Assembly: GCA_951406725.2 (NCBI GenBank)
Contig: OX597837.1
Location: 45,632,001 to 45,696,000 of the forward strand
Length of the DNA stretch: 64,000 nt
Source: Octopus vulgaris
Lineage: Eukaryota
Reading direction: 5' to 3'
The notes under the pieces were generated by a model. That model ran no database searches. It was not told the DNA's origin and saw nothing but the letters and a program-made list of their open reading frames with translations. Shown here piece after piece: positions 54,187-64,000 of the stretch. The position numbers were made by a program, and so were the translations under genes. How positions within the stretch are numbered: position 1 is the first letter of the stretch; the number at the start of each line of letters is the position of its first letter.

Positions 54187-55177
54187 CATTATCATAATTA
54201 TTATTATTATTATGGTAATATTCAAGAAATCATTATTGAAAAATATAAACAATATTAAATAAAGATGGAAATCATTAATACTGCAGCTGCTGCTGCTGTT
54301 GTTGTTGTTACTATTGTTGTTGTTGTTGTTGTTGTTGTTGTATTACATTGCATTATCGCATTGTATTATCACATTATCGTGAGCTAACTGATCATTTTAG
54401 AGATTATTGTTGTTTGTTAATGTTTATTTGTTCTTGTTGCGGTGATGGTGGTGGTGGTGGTTGTGGTGGTGGTGGTCGTCGTCGTCGTCATCATCATCAT
54501 CATCATGACAATATTAGAGGTGATAATTGTGGTGAGGGTGTGGGTGATGATAGTAATGGTAATTTTAGTAGTAGTAGCAGTAGTAGTGGTGGTGGTGGTG
54601 GTGGTAGTAGTAGTAGTGGTGGTGGTGGTGGTGATGGTGGTGGTGGTGGTAGTAGTAGTTGTTGTGGTTGTGGTGGTGGTGATAGTAGTAGTAGTAATGG
54701 AGGTGGTAGTGACGGTGGTGGTGGTGGTGGTGGAGGTGGTAGTACTGGCTGTTGTTTTTGTTGGTGTTTTGGTGGTAGTTGTGGTGGTGGTGGTGGTAGT
54801 TGCTATGGTGGTGGAGGTGGACGTGGTAGAATTAGTTGCAGTGGTGGTGGTCATGGCAGTGGCAATGGCATTATATTGTTTTTGGTGGAAGGTGAAGCGA
54901 GGGGGGAGTGGCAGGGGTGGGTTTGTTGATGAAATGTTTTTGTATATTGACTTTTGTTATTTTACTACCACCAACCTACCAACCAGTATGTTCTTCCCCA
55001 CCCCACCCTCTTTCTGATTTAATTCTTAGAGAGATGTGGGGAGAGGAAAGTGAAGGAGAGATGGACAGAGAGAGAGAGAGAGAGACTGTAAGAAAACAGA
55101 GAGGTGACTCTGACAGAAAGGGAGATAGTGAGAATGAGAGAGAGAGAGAGAGAGAGTTTGAGAGATAGAGAGTTTGT

Positions 55178-55211
<34 letters not shown>

Positions 55212-57034
55212 GACAGATAAAGAAGATTGTTGGGAGAGATGTAAAATTAGATAAACAATGAAGGGGAATAAAGAGAAAGGGGGAGGAGAGGGAGGGATGT
55301 AGAGGTAGAGAGAGAGTGAGGAGAAATAGGAGAAAGACGAAATGGGAGAGAGAAAGAAAAAGGGGAGGAAGTGAGGGAGGGAGTGATGGAGGAATGTGTG
55401 GGGGGTTCTTCACAGTTTCATGTCTGTGAGAGATTGTAAGATCATAACACTTGCAGAAGTGTGAAGAAATTGTGTCATGTCAGGAAACTGTGGTGAGCAA
55501 TGAGAGCAGAGGCCATGGGTGGAGTGGAAAGTCAAGCTGTGGAGGACGAGGGTAGGGTTTGAACTCTCTCCCTCGCCACACCACTTTGCAGGAACAGATT
55601 ACCAGATCTGGTCGCGTAAAAGATGCACGGGCATGGGAGGCACTTTCAGCACTTTCTGCAGCACAGGTGCAGCGGAAGGAACGTTTTTAGTGCATTAATC
55701 CGTTAACATCCGGATTATGCTGTTGGATGCAATGCTTCTCTATTCAGCACAAAGTTTTGTCAGTGAACAGGTCGCGGTCTCAAAGCGACGAAAATATTTC
55801 GACAAATTAAATTTAAAGGTTGAAGTGAATCTAAACAGTTGTTGTGTGTTTCTCAAATGGCTTATAAACACCTTCCACGCTGCAATTGTTTTCGTTCCAG
55901 CACACGATCTCAGATCAGGACACTTGCTATGCAAGTACATCTCTGTAACTTTATTCACATTGTTTCAAATTAATCATGCATTGTCTTGCAGCTTCGAGAT
56001 TTCAGTGATGGGTTTGTTTATTTTAAGAATGACATTGCTGGGTAGACGTGAGAAGCCAGATCTGACCAGTTTGAACATAGAACGGGTAGAATATTTCAAC
56101 TGGATATGACCGGTTTAAATACTAAAGGGTTAATGCATCAAATTGAGTGAAGATGGCACTCGTTTGGTCATGTGATATAGATAGATACTAACAGAGGACC
56201 AAGCAGCCTGGTGCCTTGCTATACTCAAGAAGACCCATCTTCAAACTTGGTACAAACACTGTATAACTTAGAACTATAAGACTAGATACAAATACTAATT
56301 AATTCATCACAGGCATTGCTTCCCAACCACATGGTTCTGGGTTCAGTCCCACTGCATGCAATCTTTGGCAAATGTCTTCTGCTCTCGCTTTGGGCTCACG
56401 AAAGCCTTGTCAGTAGATTTGGTAGAAGGAAACTGAAAGAAGCCTGTTGCAAATGTGAGAGTGTGGGGGGTTTGTTTGTCCCCCACCACCACCACTTGAC
56501 AACTGGGGTTGGTGTGTTTATGTTCTCATAACTTAGGGATTTGATATCAGAGAGCAATAAATAGGTACAACACTTGAAAAAAAAAAGTCCTGGAGTTAAT
56601 TCATTCGATTAAGTATTTTTGAAGGGGTTGCCCCAACACGGCGGTAATCTCATAGCTGAAACAAGATAGAAGATATCAGACTATGTACGCATGCTGTATA
56701 ATTCATAACTACCCATCTAGGCACAAAGGCTAGGTGTCGTTCTTGGGCAGGTGTTTTCTACTATAGCCACAGGCAGACCAAAGCCTTGTGAATAGATTTG
56801 GCAGATGGAAACTAGAAGAAGCCGATCATTTATGTGTGTGTGTGTGTGCATGGGGGTGTCTTTGTTTGTCCCCTACCATCACATGACAACTGGTGTTGGT
56901 GTGTTTAAGTTCACATAACTTAGTAGTTATATGTCCATTCTGATAGAACTAGTACTTTCATAAATTAAACTCTGCAATCTTCAGGTCCATGTAGTAGCAG
57001 TGGTGACAGTTATGTTTTACAATTTACAGCTGTA

Positions 57035-57089
<55 letters not shown>

Positions 57090-57399
57090 TTCTTTCTTTC
57101 TTTTACCTATTCCAGTTATTGGTTTACCATTATGCTACAGAATCGCCTTGAAAGGTTTCAACAACAAAATGAACTACAGGACTTATTTCTAAGTCTTGCT
57201 TTCATTCCATTGGTCACACACACACACACACACTCACACACACACAAACACACACACACACACATACACACACTCACACACATGCATACACACACTTGCA
57301 TAGTCATATAATTGTCTGTTGATATTTTTTACACAGTAGTGATGTTGAGAACGATGGTGATGATTGTGATGCAGCAGCTACTACTACTACTACTACATA

Positions 57400-57458
<59 letters not shown>

Positions 57459-58370
57459 GCTACTGCTGCTACTGCTGCTGTTAGCAGCATCGGCAGCTGC
57501 AGCAGCAACAGTAAGAATCGGTTTGTTACAACTTGATGCCATTATCCCAATTCTGAGATGACACAAAAAGTATGAGCTTTAAGGAAATTAGATGAAGAAG
57601 AGGAGGAGGGGAGGAGGAGAGAGGAGGAGTCATCCAGGAAATAGCAATAAGCATGGACATAATGTTAAGATGAGGATGTGAAGGAAGGAAAGAAAGAAAA
57701 AGAATGAAAGAACACAAGAAAGAAAGGAGGGAAGAAGGAAAGAAGGAAAGTAAGAAAGGAAAAGAAAGAAAGAATGAAAGAAAGAAAGAATGTAAGAAAA
57801 AGAAAGAAAGAATGAATGAAAGAAAGGAAGAAAAAGAACAAAAGAAAGAAGGGAAGAAGGAAAGATAAAAGAAGCAAAAGAAAAGAAAGAAGGAAAAGAA
57901 AAGAAAGAAATGAGAGGGAAATGAAGCAAGAGAGGGAGAGGAGACAAGAATGAAAGAAAGAAAGAAAGGAAAAGGGAAAGAAGGAAAAGAAAAGAAAGAA
58001 AGAAGGGGGAAATGAAGCAAGAGACGGAGAGGAGGCAAGAAAGAAAGAAAATATAATATTAATGTATATAATATTGAAAGAAAAAAGTTGCTCTGACCAA
58101 TTCTCATGGAATGGAAATATAGGAAAATAGGAAACGGTGAAAGGAATTTCTTGAAAAATAATAAACTCATAGCAGAGAATAACTGGAAAATATTGAACAT
58201 ACATATACCGTAAAAACTCATGTAATATGTGCACCTGTGTAATTTGCGCAGGTGATTTTCAGGATAAAATTTGTTAAAAAAAAAAGCTTCTACACGTGTA
58301 AAATTCACATCTAAAAGTTTTGAGAATTGCCGATATGGCCAGGGAAAAAAGATTTTCAATTTAGTGGTAT

Positions 58371-58434
58371 TTAGCATAATTTCACCTACTTCATCATCAT
58401 CATCATCATCATGAAGTAAGTGAAATTATGCTAA
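58371..58434. repeat. 24-bp inverted repeat with (CAT)n loop
   Basis: ttagcataatttcacctacttcat / atgaagtaagtgaaattatgctaa, one mismatch (U.G on the minus strand). Confidence 0.9.
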
Positions 58435-60647
58435 TTAACTTATGATTAGATTTTATTAAATTTTCATTAAATAAAAATCATTTCTGTTTAACAGGTATCA
58501 CATTGAAAACTATTTAATTACAAAGTGTTTGTGTTGTTTATAATAAACTTTATTTTACATTTCTTGCCCACGAGAGATTATGTCCGATCTTTAGCATACT
58601 TCTGTTTGTCTTCTCAAAGCACCAACCGATCGTAGCCGTTACCAGCCTCAACTGGCACCTGTGCCGATGGCATATAAAAGCACCCACTACACTCACGGAG
58701 GGGTTGGCATTAGGAAGGGCATCCAGCTGTAGAAACACTGCCAGATCAAGATTGGAGTCTGGTGCAGCCTCCTGGCTTCCCAGACCCTGGTTGAACCATC
58801 CAACCCATGCTAGCATGGAAAGTGGACGTTAAACGATAATGATGATGATGACACTCCCTAATCACAGGAAAGAACACACATTTGATAACATGGTTCTGGT
58901 TCAATCCCATCAATACTCCTCCCCATTCCAGTCAAAGGGTCTTTGTCATGCAAGTTACTTGGCAACCGTGCTGGTGCCACATAAGAGAGCACTCAATACA
59001 TTCTGTAAGGTGCTCAACATTAGGAAGGACGTCCAACTATAGGAACCACGCCAAGGCAGACAACTGGAGCCTGGAGCAGCCCTCTGGCTTACCAGCCCCT
59101 CTCACACCATTCCACCCATGCCAGCATGGAAGATGGACATTAAATGATGATGACAACGATGATGTTGATGATGATGACCTAGAACAACACTATAATGACA
59201 ACAACAACAGTGCCACACCCACAAGAACACTACCACACCTACAACAACATCATCAATAACCACAACAACAACAACCTTGACAACAATCTGCACATTGACA
59301 GATATTGAACAAAAATAAAACGTCTGAAACCAACAAAGAAATCAACAAAGCAATATAAAAGAAAAATAAAACAAATATGTAGAATAAAAATCTAAATTAA
59401 GCAAAAAAGTGATTAAATGGAGATAATTAAGGCCGAGAGACTAATTAGTAACTGTTAGCGATGAAGTAGACGGTGACTAACACTTTGATGGATCGTCTTA
59501 TGTATAGGACTTTAGTGGTTCTGTCTTTCTATAGTGGTCGTTTTGTGGTTATTGTTGTAGTAGTAGTGGTGGTGGTGGTGGTGGTAGTGGTAGTAGTGGT
59601 GGTGGAGGTGGTGGTGGTAGCGGTGGTAGTAGTAGTGATGGTGGTGGTAGTAGTAGTGGTAGCAGTGGTTGTGGTGGTGGTGGTGGTGGTAGTAGTGGTA
59701 GTAGTAGTTTTAGTAGTAGTGGTAGTAGTAGTGATGGTGGTGGTAGTAGTAGTGGTAGCAGTAGCAGCAGCAGTAGTAGTAGTAGTGGTGGTGGTGGTGG
59801 TAGTAATAGTAGTAGTAGAAGTAATAGTTGTTGTTGGTGGTGGTGGTGGCGGCGGTGCTGTTGTTTTTCTTCTTCTTATATAGCGCTTGGTTACTCCTAG
59901 CAGAGCAGCCCCGTAGCACAGCACAGAGGTCGTGGTTGTCAGAGCCCTGAGAGAGAGCAGTCTTACAGAGGAACACAGGTAGCCGTTGATGGTGCAGGTG
60001 TGCCACTCCATGTCAGTTATGATAGAGCAACATTATACAATTATACAATTGGTTGTGTTCTCGATCCCTAAGTTGCTGGAGGATCAGTTCTACAGCACAC
60101 AGAGAGGTCATCAGTTGAATGACAACATGTGGACATCCCTTATGCTAGAAGTAGATCCGCTATGGCCTTACCACTAAGAAATGTTCTCAAGAAAAATTCC
60201 GCAAACACGAGAACATAAGCGAGCAAGACAAAAGAAAAGCAAGAAAAATATAGATTATTCACATACGTTTCCCTATTAACAGCTTGCGTAATTTTACTTA
60301 CGCAATTCGTCCGTAGATCTTCAGTGTGACCGTCCATACAAATATAATTTGCAGAACTATATATTAGGACGTCCGCACAAAGTCGGACTTGTATATAGTT
60401 CTACCTATTACACTTGTAGTTACTTTTCAAATGTCTTCGTTTTGGTGCGCTAAATTACCGGAAAATAACACTGCAGAAAATAATTTACTGCAGTGGCTTT
60501 TGCCGGTTAGAGAACATATTAATTTAAATTTAAAATGAGGGTAAATCTTCAGATTTTTATATGCTAGACCACTGGTGTGAAATTGATGTTAATTAAATTA
60601 ATATCCAATTTCTCACCCTCCTTTTAAATTTATATATATATATACAT

Positions 60648-60952
60648 GGAGGCGCAATGGCCCAGTGGTTAGGGCAGCAAACTCGCGGTCGTAGGATCGC
60701 GATTTTGATTCCCAGACCAGGCGTTGTGAGTGTTTATTGAGCGAAAACACCTAAAAAAGCTCCATGAGGCTCCGGCAGGGGTTGGTGATCCCTACTGTAC
60801 TCTTTCACCACTCTTTCTCTCACTCTTTCTTCTGCTGGCCTGCTCGCTTAGCCAGCGGGGTGACGTCATTCGAAGGCTAAAACACTGCGAACACATTGTG
60901 ACCAGCGATGTGTAGCAACATCTGATGGTCTGGTCGGTCATGTGATCACGTG
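60648..60952 (+). mobile_element. tRNA-derived SINE family D
   Basis: ggaggcgcaatggcccagtggttagggc A box and a degenerate B box (ttgattccc), CpG-rich body, flanked by TA repeats. Confidence 0.7.
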
Positions 60953-61236
60953 ATATATATACACATACACAACAGACTTCTTTCAGTTTGCACCTACCAG
61001 ATCCACTCACAAGGCTTTGGTTGCCCTGAACTATAGTAGTAGACACTTGTCCAACATGCCACACAGTGGGATTGAATTAAGAACCACAAGGTTAGGAAGC
61101 AAGCTTCTTACCACACAGCCACACCTAGTATGTGTATGTGTAAGTGTGTGTGTAAGTGTGTGTGTGAGAAAGGGCTGAGAGGAGAGAGAGAAGAGGCGGA
61201 TATCTTCAGTTCAAGTAGAGTATTCGAAAGGCTCAC

Positions 61237-61321
61237 CTTGTCTTTTGAGTTCTTCATGTGCCACTGCAGGGTGAAGGAGCTCCACATCATAATTTGCAGA
61301 AGAGCTGGCATTTTGTTCTTC
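61237..61321 (-). CDS. INTS13: INTS13/Asunder internal coding exon (first in window), 85 nt, phase 0-1
   Basis: Pyrimidine tract + aaacag acceptor, G|gtgagc donor. Translates EEQNASSSANYDVELLHPAVAHEELKRQ, matching vertebrate INTS13 EEQHANTSANYDVELLH (recalled sequence). Confidence 0.93.
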
Positions 61322-62107
61322 CTGTTTTTAGAAAGAAGAGGGAGAAAAATGAATAAATAAACTGAAGAGGAGGAGACAAAGGTGAAAGGGAGTGAAATAA
61401 AAAGAAGGAACGAAAACACAAGAGGAGGAGGGGTGGAGGAGGAGGAGGAGGAAAGGTAAGAAATAGATACATAAAACCCTTCAAGGCAGTGCCCCAGCAT
61501 GGCCACTGTCAAATGACTGGAACAAGTAAAAGATAAAATAAAGATGCGTGTGTGTGGAGCAGGAAATATTTGTCATAGGAAATATATAGGAAATATTTGT
61601 CATAGAATATACATGTGTGTCTGGTTAACACCATAAACATATAAATGTAGTCTATAACATACAAACACACACACACATAAGCATCTGTACACACACACAC
61701 ACACACACACACATACACACAAGACTGGGTCTCAGACACACAAAAGCAGCCTTCAAAGTGTTGCGAGATCACAAATCACTGAACGTTGCAAACGGTAACG
61801 AAAGAACTTTGATGAACAAACAAACCGTTTGACCGTTTAGCCAATACATTAAACAAAGATCGATTAGTTTGTCGGTTGGATACTTAACCATTTGACTAAT
61901 AAGAAAGAAGTGGAACTGAACCAGTGCATGTGTCAGTATTATTATTTGGCATAATGACCCTCTCAAGACACAACAAAATATTACTCGGTAGTCTTATTTT
62001 TATTACATGAATTCAAAGCATTAATCAGTGCGACTCTGTGTGCCATGGGTACGGGCTGTGATTTGTTTCAGTGCCATTATTTTCATTGTATTGAAAGTGC
62101 TTTACGT

Positions 62108-62505
62108 AGGCGCAGGAATGGCTGTGTGGTAAGTACCTTGTTTACCAACCACATGGTTCCGGGTTCAGTCCCACTGACTGGCACCTTGGGCAAGTGTTTT
62201 CTACTATAGCCTCGGGCCAACCAAAGCCTTGAGAGTGGATTTGGTAGACGGAAACTGAAAGAAGCCTGTCATATATATGTATATATATGTATGCGTGTGT
62301 GTGTTTGTGTGTCTGTGTTTGTCCCCCTAGCATTGCTTGACAACCGATGCTGGTGTGTTTATGTCCCCATAACTTAGCGGTTCGGCAAAAGAGACCGATA
62401 GAATAAGTACTGGGCTTACAAAGAATAAGTCCCGGGGTCGATTTGCTCGATTAAAGGCAGTGCTCCAGCACGGCCGCAGTCAAATGACTGAAACAAGTAA
62501 AAAGA
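62108..62505 (+). mobile_element. tRNA-derived SINE family B (CORE-like), full length
   Basis: aggcgcaggaatggctgtgtggtaag head, accttgggcaagtg core-like block, internal TA/TG microsatellite, and a tail ending gactgaaacaagtaaaa. More than 10 copies in the window. Confidence 0.88.
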
Positions 62506-62514
62506 GAAAAAGAG

Positions 62515-62780
62515 AGAAAGAGGATGTAAAAGAGGTGCCAAGCAGTGCAATTTTCTGTATGTTGTAAATCTTCTTAAGTCCTGGTGTTTTATGCATTTGT
62601 CGATATGTCATTTAACCATGCCAAATCCACCCTGTCATGTTAGGGATTATATCTTGACTTCAAGTCCCACATTCTGGTTATCTCTATTTCCAGATCTTTG
62701 TATTTCAAGAGTTTTTCCATTTCTTTTAGAGATACCTTGACATCTATCGATTGGGACTGATATGTCAATCACAAAGAATA
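62515..62780 (-). mobile_element. RLE-type LINE 3' fragment
   Basis: IDISVP..., KEMEKLLKYKDLEIEITRMWDLK, GGFGMV in a frameshifted translation. Confidence 0.65.
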
Positions 62781-63019
62781 TAGGTATATACAACAATGAT
62801 GTTATTGGTAAAACATGTTCCTTATCCTCTTGGAGATTTTGGGTACAATTATACTAACGTGTCCATCTGTTCCAATTTAATTAAATTCTATGTCTTTGTG
62901 CAACTGAAGATTGCTCTACATTTTAAATTGATATAATGAAATGATTGCATTGTTCAATTAAATGGAGTCGCATGAAACGATCGTGCTGCATTACCTCTGG
63001 ATATCCTTGTTGCTTATTT

Positions 63020-63050
<31 letters not shown>

Positions 63051-63052
63051 AC

Positions 63053-63178
63053 TGTGACAATTATTCGGTAGCCAAGATAAAACTCTGAGTTTCGGATGCC
63101 GAGGTGGAAATCCACACCACCATCTTTTCGGTTATCCGAAACTCAGAGTTTTATCTTGGCTACCGAATAATTGTCACA
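63053..63178. repeat. Perfect 45-bp inverted repeat with 36-nt spacer, between TA tracts
   Basis: 63053-63097 is the exact reverse complement of 63134-63178. Confidence 0.95.
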
Positions 63179-63800
63179 TATTAATTTACAGATAAATTTC
63201 CTCTATTTACATAATATTGCGGTCTCTTTCTTTCTTTTGTTATCTTACCATTTTTACCTATATATATATATATACACACACATGTATACACACACAGTTA
63301 TGTGTGAGTGTGCGCATGTGTGATGATGAGATTTTCCAGTTCCCATCTACAAAACTCTACTCACAAGATATGGGCCACACTGAGTGAACAGAGAAGAATG
63401 GTACAAGGTGCCAAACCGGTGAACTCAACACAGAACCACACAAACTGAAGACAGAATTCTTAACTGCACATGAATGCCAGCATCGATGTATGTTTAATGC
63501 AACACTAATTATATAAACACAGATTTTTATATAGGTCATGTGAGAATTGCTTGCATATATTTATATATATGTGTGTGTGTGTGTATATAAACAATATGTG
63601 TGGGGGGTGTACAGGAAATTTTTGTTTTATATTAAAATACATGTATGCATAATAATAATAATAATAATAATAATGATGATGATGATGATGACAAAGATAA
63701 TAAAATATGCTTAGTATACATATTTGATATATATTATATTCACTACACATAAATGTGTGAGTATACATATATATTTGAATATATATATATATATATATAT

Positions 63801-63885
<85 letters not shown>

Positions 63886-64000
63886 TACACACGGACACTC
63901 TCTCTCTCTCTCTCTCATATACACATAATACAAGCATCAATATATATATATATATATATATATACACATCTTTACAGAGAGGTAAACCTATGAACAGGAA

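Overview
Eukaryotic, AT-rich, microsatellite- and SINE-dense DNA. The repeat families look like those of Octopus (inference). The only protein-coding signal I can support is six internal minus-strand exons of INTS13/Asunder (Integrator subunit 13): 61321-61237, 49641-49543, 32535-32446, 14510-14332, 8074-7987 and 5592-5516. They splice GT-AG in phase into a 206-aa open frame (EEQNASSSANYDVELLH...TLKWCTP...[12 protein letters not shown]...DFGEFMKENRL...RYWPMVISDTLIFNMRQ). The gene's start and end lie outside the window. The introns (2.4-18 kb) are filled with at least four SINE families, Tc1/mariner, piggyBac-like and Helitron-like elements, LINE and LTR relics, Penelope-type hammerhead remnants and simple repeats. 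Nearly all ORFs in the supplied track are simple-repeat or TE artefacts. The most notable unexplained structure: short islands of unique intronic sequence occur as reverse-complementary pairs, with many colinear nested anchor stems, that bracket microsatellite/TE blocks. The clearest are 34.8-36.0 kb with 40.4-41.6 kb, and 19.0-19.2 kb with 20.4-20.8 kb. Their non-Watson-Crick positions are mostly G.U on the + (antisense) strand, equivalent to A.C on the INTS13 sense strand. This points to a repeated long-range dsRNA architecture, either an antisense structured RNA or an ADAR-tuned pre-mRNA fold. All pairings were found by eye and need computational and comparative confirmation.
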